Source: an uncultured Bacteroidales bacterium (GTDB lineage: Bacteria > Bacteroidota > Bacteroidia > Bacteroidales > UBA4417). From it: DNA of 60,459 nt. The notes below the pieces were generated by a model. That model saw only the letters and a program-made list of their open reading frames with translations. It made no database searches and had not been told where the DNA came from. The stretch is from positions 1 through 60,459 of the forward strand of contig CAIPFN010000243.1 of NCBI GenBank assembly GCA_903864265.1. The letters are read 5' to 3'. The translations under genes and the position numbers were made by a program. Below, in pieces: positions 48,128-56,734 of the stretch (position 1 is its first letter; each line of letters starts with the position of its first letter).

Positions 48128-49654
48128 ATGAATACAACAAAGCCCATACACTCGGCACTGATTTCGGTATATAATAAAGACCGTGTTGATGAAATTGCCC
48201 GAAAACTCGATGCCTTAGGCATTATAATTTATTCAACCGGGGGTACCTACGACTATATCCGGGGACTGGGTATTAACGCCATTACAGTTGAAAGTCTTAC
48301 ATCCTATCCTTCCATTTTCGGTGGACGTGTAAAAACCCTGCATCCCAAAGTATTTGGAGGTATATTGTTCAGGCGCTCCGGGGAAGAAGATTTAAAGCAG
48401 GCCGCCGAATTTGAAATCCCTCCCATCGACCTGGTAATTGTTGACCTTTACCCCTTTGAAGCCACTGTAGCTTCCGGTGCCGGGGATGAAGAAATTATTG
48501 AAAAAATTGATATAGGGGGGATTTCCCTGATCAGGGCTGCAGCCAAAAACCATGAGGATGTTATCATTGTGCCTTCGTCCGATCAATACAGCGACCTGAT
48601 TGCTTTGCTGGATGCCAAAAACGGCTGCAGCGACCTGGAAGACCGTTATTATTTTGCAGCACAGGCGTTTAGTGTCTCATCCCATTACGATACAGCCATT
48701 TTCAATTATTTCAACCGTAAAGCCGGTATTAAAGCCTTCAGGCAGAGCCTGAACAAGAGCGAAGTGTTACGCTATGGCGAGAATCCGCACCAGGAAGGTG
48801 TTTTTTACGGTGATCTGAATGAGGTTTTCGAACAACTGCATGGTAAAGCCGTTTCATATAACAACTTAGTTGATCTGGAAGCAGCCCTGGCGCTCATCCG
48901 TGAATTTACCGAACCTACTTTTGCCATTATAAAACACACCAACGCATGTGGGGTGGCCAGCCGTGACACCCTGAAACAAGCCTGGTGCGATGCCCTTGCC
49001 GGTGACCCTGTTTCAGCCTTCGGCGGAGTGGTATCCACCAACCGTATCATTGATATAGAAACAGCCACGGAAGTGAATAAACTGTTCTTTGAAATAATAA
49101 TTGCACCCGGGTATGAAAAAAATGCACTGGAACTCTTAAAGTCAAAGAAAAATAGAATAATTTTGCAGATTAAACCAGTTGATTTTCAGGCAAAACAATT
49201 TAAGTCGGTACTTAACGGGGTAATCGAACAGTTAAAAGATACGCATACCGAAATCATTGACGATCTGAAGGCTGTTACTGATACGCATCCGGATGAACAA
49301 ACGGTTAATGATTTGCTTTTTGCCAATATCATTGTTAAACATCTGAAAAGTAATGCGATTGTCCTGGCGAAAAACGGACAACTTCTGGGTGCCGGTTGTG
49401 GAATGACCTCCAGGGTGGATGCGCTCAAACATGCTATTTCAAAAGCTGAGGAGTACAATCTTGACCTGAAAGGGGCTGTAATGGCTTCCGATGCCTTTTT
49501 CCCGTTTGCCGATTCGGTTGAACTGGCTTTTCAGGAAGGAATAGTTGCCGTAATACAGCCGGGAGGTTCCGTACGCGATGTGGACTCCATTAACTATTGC
49601 AACCAGCATGGAATGACCATGGTTTTCACGGGGATCAGGCATTTCAAACATTAA
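48128..49654 (+). CDS. purH: Bifunctional AICAR transformylase/IMP cyclohydrolase
   Basis: ALISVYNK, GGRVKTLHP, IDIGG, LRYGENPHQ, ASDAFFPF, IQPGGSVRD, RHFKH. Confidence 0.97.
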   Translation: MNTTKPIHSALISVYNKDRVDEIARKLDALGIIIYSTGGTYDYIRGLGINAITVESLTSYPSIFGGRVKTLHPKVFGGILFRRSGEEDLKQAAEFEIPPIDLVIVDLYPFEATVASGAGDEEIIEKIDIGGISLIRAAAKNHEDVIIVPSSDQYSDLIALLDAKNGCSDLEDRYYFAAQAFSVSSHYDTAIFNYFNRKAGIKAFRQSLNKSEVLRYGENPHQEGVFYGDLNEVFEQLHGKAVSYNNLVDLEAALALIREFTEPTFAIIKHTNACGVASRDTLKQAWCDALAGDPVSAFGGVVSTNRIIDIETATEVNKLFFEIIIAPGYEKNALELLKSKKNRIILQIKPVDFQAKQFKSVLNGVIEQLKDTHTEIIDDLKAVTDTHPDEQTVNDLLFANIIVKHLKSNAIVLAKNGQLLGAGCGMTSRVDALKHAISKAEEYNLDLKGAVMASDAFFPFADSVELAFQEGIVAVIQPGGSVRDVDSINYCNQHGMTMVFTGIRHFKH

Positions 49655-49731
49655 TACCGATTCCGGGGATGTTTCCGGAACGAAATTAAACCTTACATAA
49701 CGAAGTTAAAAAAAAGGAAGAATACACACTC

Positions 49732-50754
49732 ATGGGACTTTTTTCATTTCTTACCAAAGAAATTGCAATGGATCTTGGCACGGCCAATACCATTATCATA
49801 TATAACGACAAGGTAGTAGTTGATGAACCTTCGATTATTGCTATTGAACGGAATACAGGCAAAGTGCTTGCAGTGGGTAAACGCGCGCAGATGATGCACG
49901 GCAAGACCCACGAAAACATTAAAACTATTCGTCCCCTTCGCGACGGCGTTATCGCCGATTTCCAGTCGGCTGAATATATGATACGTGAGTTTATCAAAAT
50001 GACCGGTCCCAACCGCAGTCTTTTCCCGCCAGCCTTGCGCATGGTTATCTGTATCCCCTCGGGCATTACCGAAGTGGAAGAGCGTGCCGTAAAAGACTCA
50101 GCCGAACAAGCCGGAGCCAAGGAGGTACGGCTGATTCACGAACCTATGGCAGCAGCTATCGGCATCGGAATTGATGTGCTCGAACCCGTTGGAAACATGG
50201 TAATCGACATCGGCGGCGGAACAAGCGAAATTGCAGTTATTGCCCTTGGCGGTATTGTAAACAATAAATCCATCCGCATTGCCGGCGACGATTTTAACGC
50301 CGACATCGAAGAATATATGCGCAAACAGCATAACATCAACATCGGTGAGCGTACTTCGGAACTGATCAAGATTGAAGTGGGATCGGCCCTGACCGAAATT
50401 GACAATCCTCCACCTGATTATGCCGTGCATGGCCGCGATATGCTTACCGGTATTCCGAAAGAAGTATATGTAAATTATGCTGAAATTGCGCATGCGCTGG
50501 ATAAATCCATTTCGAAAATTGAAGCCGCCGTGCTGAATGCCCTCGAAATGACACCTCCTGAACTGGCTGCCGATATTTTTAAAACCGGTATCTACCTGGC
50601 CGGCGGAGGCTCACTGCTTCGCGGGCTCGATAAGCGTATCCATATGAAAACCAAGCTTCCCGTTCACGTAGCCGACGATCCTTTACACGCAGTAGCCCGG
50701 GGAACGGGTATCGCTTTGAAGAATTTCGACAAGTTTACCTTCCTTATTAAATAG
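49732..50754 (+). CDS. mreB: Rod shape-determining actin-like protein MreB
   Basis: DLGTANT, RPLRDGVIADF, EPMAAAIG, DIGGGTSE. Confidence 0.97.
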   Translation: MGLFSFLTKEIAMDLGTANTIIIYNDKVVVDEPSIIAIERNTGKVLAVGKRAQMMHGKTHENIKTIRPLRDGVIADFQSAEYMIREFIKMTGPNRSLFPPALRMVICIPSGITEVEERAVKDSAEQAGAKEVRLIHEPMAAAIGIGIDVLEPVGNMVIDIGGGTSEIAVIALGGIVNNKSIRIAGDDFNADIEEYMRKQHNINIGERTSELIKIEVGSALTEIDNPPPDYAVHGRDMLTGIPKEVYVNYAEIAHALDKSISKIEAAVLNALEMTPPELAADIFKTGIYLAGGGSLLRGLDKRIHMKTKLPVHVADDPLHAVARGTGIALKNFDKFTFLIK

Positions 50755-50916
50755 CTTGCTAAATAACAGGGCTGATCTTCTTTCTGCCGGATAAAGAAGT
50801 GCCGCGTTCAGAGTGCCGGGTTCCGTATTTCCGAACAGGAATATGGAATCCGGCACAGGAACATACGCCTGATAAAAATTCAACTAACACCGTATATAAA
50901 CGACACCGTAGACGAA

Positions 50917-51756
50917 ATGCGAAATATCCTGGTTTTTCTTATCCGGTATCACTTTCTGCTGTTGTTCCTGCTGCTTGAAATTTTTTCGGTTACCCTGCTG
51001 GTAAACTCAACATATTACCAGAGTTCAGCCATACTCAAAGCCGGGAGCCGGGTTACAGGCAGCTTTTATAACAGCATCAGCAATGCCACCGATTACCTGA
51101 AACTCCGGACTACCAATGAGCACCTGGCTAATGAAAATGCCCTGCTCAGGCAGATGAAAGGAGTGTCGTTCCTGAAAAACGACACCAGCAGTTTCTGGAT
51201 AAACGACACCCTGTACAAACAGCAGTACAAATACATAGTTGCGAAAGTGGTACTCAACACCGTGGGAAAACGCAACAATTATATCATGCTCGATAAGGGC
51301 AGCCGCAGCGGCATACAGAAAGACATGGCCGTTATCACCTCCAATGGTATTGTGGGTACCGTGGTAACCGTTTCCGAAAATTTCAGCTGGGTCATGAGCA
51401 TGCTGAACAAGCACACCCGCATCAGCGGCCGGATCATGAAAAATAACCAGATGGGCACCATCGTATGGAATGGCATCGATCATTTGTACGGCACCTTAAC
51501 GGACATTCCGGCTCATGTTAAAATATCCAAGGGCGACACCATAGTCAGCAGCGGCTATTCCTATATATTCCCGGCCGGTTTAATGATTGGCACTATTACC
51601 GATTTCAGGGTCGAGCAGGGAGAACATTTTTATACCATCCCTTTCAGGTTCAGCGTCGACTTTAATGCCCTGCAATATGTATATGTGGTAAAAAACCTGA
51701 TGAAGGACGAACAGGAATCGCTCGAAAAAAGTATGGAAGGGGTCAAGGATGAATAG
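50917..51756 (+). CDS. mreC: Rod shape-determining protein MreC
   Basis: TM plus coiled coil (NEHLANENALLR), DKGSRSGI, GDTIVSSG..FP.G; synteny. Confidence 0.92.
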   Translation: MRNILVFLIRYHFLLLFLLLEIFSVTLLVNSTYYQSSAILKAGSRVTGSFYNSISNATDYLKLRTTNEHLANENALLRQMKGVSFLKNDTSSFWINDTLYKQQYKYIVAKVVLNTVGKRNNYIMLDKGSRSGIQKDMAVITSNGIVGTVVTVSENFSWVMSMLNKHTRISGRIMKNNQMGTIVWNGIDHLYGTLTDIPAHVKISKGDTIVSSGYSYIFPAGLMIGTITDFRVEQGEHFYTIPFRFSVDFNALQYVYVVKNLMKDEQESLEKSMEGVKDE

Positions 51757-52267
51757 GCTGGTCATTAATAATATTTTCAGGTTTATTCTACTGGTCCTTA
51801 TCCAGGTGCTGGTCATGAATAAGGTAAATTTCTACGGGTTCCTGAATCCCTACATCTATATTCTTTTTATCCTGCTGCTACCCTTCGAAACTCCGGGCTG
51901 GCTATTACTGCTTTTGTCATTTCTGATGGGTTTCACAGTGGACTTGTTTACCGGAACCCTGGGCTTACACGCGGCAAGCAGCGTATTTGCCGCCTTCGTA
52001 AGGCCCATGATCATCAAACTTGTTGGCGAAAAGCCGGACTACGACATCACCACCCAGCCTAAACTCCAGCAAATGGGGCTAAAATGGTTTATCGCCTATG
52101 CTTTGCTGATGACCTTCGCTCACCATTTGTTTTTAAATATGCTGGATGTATTCAGTTTCGACGAAATCTGGCAGACTCTTCTGCGCATCCTTGTAAGTTC
52201 ACTCTTTACCTTCCTGTTCATCATGTTGTTCGAATATATTTTCGCACCTAAAAAAGCGAAGGCATAA
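51749..52267 (+). CDS. mreD: Rod shape-determining protein MreD
   Basis: Hydrophobic 172 aa overlapping the mreC stop; PYIYILFILLLP..G..VDLF..T.G.HA. Confidence 0.88.
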   Translation: MNRLVINNIFRFILLVLIQVLVMNKVNFYGFLNPYIYILFILLLPFETPGWLLLLLSFLMGFTVDLFTGTLGLHAASSVFAAFVRPMIIKLVGEKPDYDITTQPKLQQMGLKWFIAYALLMTFAHHLFLNMLDVFSFDEIWQTLLRILVSSLFTFLFIMLFEYIFAPKKAKA

Positions 52268-52401
52268 AAGACATTTGTGAGGGCTTTATTATTCACCGGG
52301 TACCTAAGAGTCTCCCGTGATCAGATATTTTAGTTTCATTATGATATCACATAATCAAAAAGCTATATATTTGAGCAGAATTATACCTCAGTCAACATAC
52401 T

Positions 52402-52878
52402 ATGAAACAGAAAATCATTCTCCTTATACTGATTGTGATTTCATTTTGGGTAACATCAACATCTCTTTCTGCAAAGAACCCACCCGAAAAGGTTAAAATC
52501 GAAATCACCGAAGCTTTGAAAACATGGAATGCAGCAGCCAAAAGTGCAGATGCAGATCAATGCATGGCCCTGTTCGATGATTCCGAAAACATTATGTTGA
52601 TAGGCTCTGACAAGGGAGAAATCAATAAAGGTAAAACCCAGGTTAAAGCATGGCTTTCACAACTTTCCGGCTTTGCCGGTTTCTCCTGGGAAATGGACAG
52701 CATCACCATTGATTCCAACGGCAAAACCGCCTGGGTATTTGTCGAAGGCACTATGATTGTTGAATTTAAGCAGGGAGGAATTCGAAGAACGTCTTACCGC
52801 TTTACCGGCATCCTGGTTAAGAAAAAAGGCGAATGGAAATGGAGATTGTTTAATGGCTCCATACCCAGGGGCGAATAA
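52402..52878 (+). CDS. Secreted SnoaL-like/NTF2-fold protein
   Basis: Signal peptide; LIGSD..E...G, TAWV, RFTGILVKKKGEWKW; -7 box TATATTTG at 52366-52373. Confidence 0.75.
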   Translation: MKQKIILLILIVISFWVTSTSLSAKNPPEKVKIEITEALKTWNAAAKSADADQCMALFDDSENIMLIGSDKGEINKGKTQVKAWLSQLSGFAGFSWEMDSITIDSNGKTAWVFVEGTMIVEFKQGGIRRTSYRFTGILVKKKGEWKWRLFNGSIPRGE

Positions 52879-52927
52879 CGGAATTATTTGCCAATAAACT
52901 CTTAATATTAATCTAATCCGAAGAGCG

Positions 52928-53461
52928 ATGAAAATAAAATTAGTATCTACAATCCTTATCTTTTTTATTACTTCAAATTATATCTTCTCACAGGATATCA
53001 ACCAGGTGGTTAAATTGCCAAAGCTTACTGTGGAACAAAAATGGGAAACGGCCGAGGGAAACCTGGTGTATTTTGTTATTTCCGGTATAAGCTATGCGAA
53101 ATCCAAGGGTGAGACTCCTGAAGATTACGGAGCCTGGACAGGCACAATTGGTTGCCCTTACTGGCAGTCGATGGATTCGATGAGCCCGGCAAAATTCGTT
53201 CAGGAAATATCGGCCAATAAACAACAGTTTAGAGGTTTTCAAATGGAAATCCTGGAAGCAAAAAAAACGTTTGTAAAAGGAAGGATGAAAGGATACGGGA
53301 ATGACCTGGTTACCATGTACAATATGGGTGGCGTGACAGAGGATGACTATACACGCTTTTTTAATAAAAAATGGGAGACCATTGCACGCTGTGTCGGCTT
53401 TGAATATATGCAGGAAAAAGACGGGGATTGGGTTTATTTTACTGTTTCTGAGAAGAAATGA
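52928..53461 (+). CDS. Secreted hypothetical protein
   Basis: 177-aa ORF with signal peptide. Confidence 0.7.
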   Translation: MKIKLVSTILIFFITSNYIFSQDINQVVKLPKLTVEQKWETAEGNLVYFVISGISYAKSKGETPEDYGAWTGTIGCPYWQSMDSMSPAKFVQEISANKQQFRGFQMEILEAKKTFVKGRMKGYGNDLVTMYNMGGVTEDDYTRFFNKKWETIARCVGFEYMQEKDGDWVYFTVSEKK

Positions 53462-53492
53462 TGCCTGTACTAGGCGTACAGGTGAGATGACA

Positions 53493-53551
53493 AAGAATAA
53501 AAATGAATGGAAATGGAGATTGTTTAACGGATCAATACCCAGGGGGGATAA
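53493..53551 (+). pseudogene. Orphan 3' remnant of a homolog of 52402..52878
   Basis: KNKNEWKWRLFNGSIPRG versus KKKGEWKWRLFNGSIPRGE*; 23-bp identity (53505-53527 = 52831-52853), then synonymous differences. Confidence 0.8.
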
Positions 53552-53635
53552 TTGGCTATTTCAACCGCTAAAACACCCTGGAGTTCTTAAAAATAAGTTT
53601 TCTAATCAAGTTTTAACGCCAAAAACCGTTTCACT

Positions 53636-54133
53636 ATGAAAAAGGCTTTTTACTCCATAGTTGTGGCACTGATACTGCTTACTTCGTGCCAGCCAAAAAC
53701 TGATACTGTTCCTTTTGATAAGGTTGCTGCAAAAGAAGATTTGACTAAGACGTTAGACACGATGTATGCGGCATTCCGCGACAGGAATATTAAAACATTT
53801 TTATCGTTAATGGCCGATGATGGCCTTTTTTGCGGAACAAGCCCCAAAGATATCTGGGACAAGGCTACCTATGCAAAACTGATGTCAGCCATGCTTGCTG
53901 ATACCTCCTTATCCACCGGAATTAAGGTCGACAGGCGTGAAATCCGCTTTGATACGGATGGGAAGTCCGCATTTGTAATTGACCAGTTCTTTTTTGAATG
54001 GAACAAACGAATTCCCATTCGCCATACAGTTCATTTCATTAAGAGCGGAGAGGCATGGAAATGCGATTTTCTGAGTACCGCTCTTATCCCTAAGGATGAG
54101 GATTTTGAAAAGATTTATAATGCAGTGAAGTAA
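53636..54133 (+). CDS. SnoaL-like/NTF2-fold lipoprotein
   Basis: Lipobox LLTSC; FCGTSPKDIWDK, KSGEAWK. Confidence 0.72.
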   Translation: MKKAFYSIVVALILLTSCQPKTDTVPFDKVAAKEDLTKTLDTMYAAFRDRNIKTFLSLMADDGLFCGTSPKDIWDKATYAKLMSAMLADTSLSTGIKVDRREIRFDTDGKSAFVIDQFFFEWNKRIPIRHTVHFIKSGEAWKCDFLSTALIPKDEDFEKIYNAVK

Positions 54134-54140
54134 ATTTGAT

Positions 54141-54515
54141 TTAAATCAAATCGGCTATTTTCTGAAACGCATCATCATCCTTAATAACATAATACTCGGC
54201 ACCTTTCTGTATGGTCTGAGCGGCAATGCCATAGCTTTCCTGGCTCGAAAGCATAATGAAGTGGGTGTTTGGCAGGTATTTACGGATTGCTTCCAATATT
54301 TCCAGTCCATTGGCGGCATCTTTCTTCACAGTATTCATATAATAATCGAGAATCACCACATCCGGATTCTCCGAAATATGCTGCAGACAATCTTCGCCGG
54401 TACTGAAGACACTGATGTTGTGTGCTACTTTTCGGGTTAAAAAATCCGACAGGGCTTCAGTCATCATTTCGTCGTCGTCAACTATAAATATCTTTTTGGG
54501 TTTAGAGAATTCCAT
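54141..54515 (-). CDS. Single-domain response regulator
   Basis: KIFIVDDD, PDVVILDY, NGLEIL, IMLS, GAEYYVIK. Confidence 0.88.
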   Translation of the reverse strand: MEFSKPKKIFIVDDDEMMTEALSDFLTRKVAHNISVFSTGEDCLQHISENPDVVILDYYMNTVKKDAANGLEILEAIRKYLPNTHFIMLSSQESYGIAAQTIQKGAEYYVIKDDDAFQKIADLI

Positions 54516-54556
54516 ATCTTTTTAGGTTTAGACAAATGTACTGTTTTTTACTAGAA

Positions 54557-56734
54557 TTATTCGCCGAGTTCGCCTAATGCCCTCTCAATTTTCCTCTTCA
54601 GGTTGACTACTGTTTCTCTGATTAATTCTACTTCAGATCCGTCCCTGCACAATCGCTCCAGTTTTAGGGCAATGTCTTTGGTTTCAGTCATGCCCATCAT
54701 GATCCACTTGGTTTTAAATCCGTGAACCTGGTTGGCGATCTCTTCAAAATCATTGGTCAGGAGAGCGGTATTAATTATTTCAATCAGACCGGGTGCGCTG
54801 GAAGTAAACATGCTTATGTACTTCATGATACGCGTTTTATCCCCTTCGCAGAATTTAACCAGATAGGCCATGTCGGTAACTCCGGGCGGTTTCATTTTTT
54901 GAACATTAGGGTTCGCTTCCTTATTTGCTTTCAGCGTGATATTCAGAACCTGGGCAATACCAGTTATCAGTTGTTGAGGGTTGAAGGGTTTTGGGATATA
55001 GGAATCCATTCCGGCCGCCTTACATTTATCAAGATCGGTACGCAGCACGCTGGCCGTTAAAGCGATGATGGGTGTGTCCCTGACCGGACTGTCAAAATTG
55101 GCCCGGATAAATCGCGTGGCATCAAATCCGTTCATCATTGGCATTTGAACATCCATGAGTATAACATCAAAAGGCATCTTGCCAACTAAATCAATGGCTT
55201 CCTGCCCGTTTGCTGCTTCAAATATTTTAACTTTTGCTTTTGATTTCAGCGTATCGCGGGCAACAATACGGTTGTATTCGTTGTCGTCGGTAATCAGAAT
55301 TTTCAATCCGTCCAGAATACTTCCATCCACACTTTGTTCCAGGGCCAGGCGCTGTTCCAATCGTTCAGCAGAACCATTTTCAAACTCTACGATAAATGAA
55401 AATGTTGTCCCGGAGCCTTCCTGGCTTTCAATATCAATGTGGCTTCCCATCATTTCAACCAACTGGCGTGAGATGCTTAATCCTAATCCGGTACCGCCAT
55501 ATTTCCGGGTGTCGGAAGTGTTCGCCTGTGAGAAATTCTCAAACACCGATTGTAGTTTATCTGCCGGAATCCCTATCCCGGTATCAACAATAGCAAAGCG
55601 TATCCCTTTGTATTCCTTGGATACCTCTATGGAAACGCTGCCTTTTTCCGTAAATTTTATGGCATTTCCTGCCAGGTTAATAAGTACCTGGTTCAAACGG
55701 GCAGGATCACCCATCACAATATCAATTCCACCCGAGTTTATCATGGTGATGAGTTCTATGCCTTTTTCATCAGATCTCTGTCGAAGTGTTTGCTTCACCT
55801 GTTCCAACAATTCGTTTAGGGAAAAGTCGATATGTTCCAGCTCCATTTTACCGGCTTCAATCTTTGAAAGGTCCAGGATATCATTAATAATATGAAGCAG
55901 GTTATCGCTCGATTTTTTGATTCCTTCCATATAAAATCTCTGCTTTATTTCAAGCGGTGTATCCAGTACAAGACCAGTCATTCCCATCACGGCATTCATG
56001 GGGGTGCGGATCTCATGACTCATATTGGCAAGGAATTGTTGTTTGAACTGCTCTGACTTTTCGGCTTTGGCCCGATGGCTTTCGGCTTCGTCTTTTTGTT
56101 TCCTTATTTCGGAGGTGGCAACTTCTATTTCTGTCTCCAGTTCTTCCTGGCGTTGTGTGAAACTTGCAACTCGCCAGCGGTTATAAACAAAAATAAAGAT
56201 TAATACGATCAAACCATAGGCTGTGCGAGCCCACCAGGTTTGCCACCAGGGCGGGGTAATTTTAAAGTTGTAGGAGCTGATTTTGCCAAAATCGCCATTT
56301 ATCAATCGGGCCTTCACCTGAAAGGTATATTCTCCTGGATCCAGCTTCCTGTAGTTTGCTATTCTTTCGTCAGAAGGAACTGACCAGGTTTTATCGTAAC
56401 CAAGCAGCTGGTAGCTGAATAGTACATTCCCCTGTATATTGAGGTCGGTGGTTCCGTAAACCATAGCGACCTGGTTCACATTATAAGGGAAAACTATGTT
56501 TTTGGGCAGGAGCATGAAATTCTGAATGCTGTCAAATTTAAGTTTCCCCAGGTTGACATTTGCTTCAGGAAGCAACCATTTTCTTCCTTTTCGGATGGAA
56601 TCCTGCAAACTCCGGTAATCGATTTCCTGTTGAAAAATATTCAGTTTGGTAATGGAAACATGGGGTGGGTTTTTCACTTCAAGCAGGCGCTCCACATTTA
56701 CCGAGCCCGTCATTTCCTCATTGCTGAACCACAT
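54557..56734 (-). CDS. Hybrid histidine kinase C-terminal part (Y_Y_Y, TM, HisKA, HATPase, REC, Hpt); frameshift-split
   Basis: PPWWQTWW, FLANMSHEIRTPMN, NLAGNAIKFT, GGTGLGL, ILMDVQMP, HGFK. Confidence 0.88.
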   Translation of the reverse strand: MWFSNEEMTGSVNVERLLEVKNPPHVSITKLNIFQQEIDYRSLQDSIRKGRKWLLPEANVNLGKLKFDSIQNFMLLPKNIVFPYNVNQVAMVYGTTDLNIQGNVLFSYQLLGYDKTWSVPSDERIANYRKLDPGEYTFQVKARLINGDFGKISSYNFKITPPWWQTWWARTAYGLIVLIFIFVYNRWRVASFTQRQEELETEIEVATSEIRKQKDEAESHRAKAEKSEQFKQQFLANMSHEIRTPMNAVMGMTGLVLDTPLEIKQRFYMEGIKKSSDNLLHIINDILDLSKIEAGKMELEHIDFSLNELLEQVKQTLRQRSDEKGIELITMINSGGIDIVMGDPARLNQVLINLAGNAIKFTEKGSVSIEVSKEYKGIRFAIVDTGIGIPADKLQSVFENFSQANTSDTRKYGGTGLGLSISRQLVEMMGSHIDIESQEGSGTTFSFIVEFENGSAERLEQRLALEQSVDGSILDGLKILITDDNEYNRIVARDTLKSKAKVKIFEAANGQEAIDLVGKMPFDVILMDVQMPMMNGFDATRFIRANFDSPVRDTPIIALTASVLRTDLDKCKAAGMDSYIPKPFNPQQLITGIAQVLNITLKANKEANPNVQKMKPPGVTDMAYLVKFCEGDKTRIMKYISMFTSSAPGLIEIINTALLTNDFEEIANQVHGFKTKWIMMGMTETKDIALKLERLCRDGSEVELIRETVVNLKRKIERALGELGE

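Noticed and set aside
53343-53639. 98-aa ORF containing EWKWRLFNGSIPRG
   Set aside because: Chimeric reading: it overlaps the 52928 gene out of frame and runs through the remnant; treated as a pseudogene fragment
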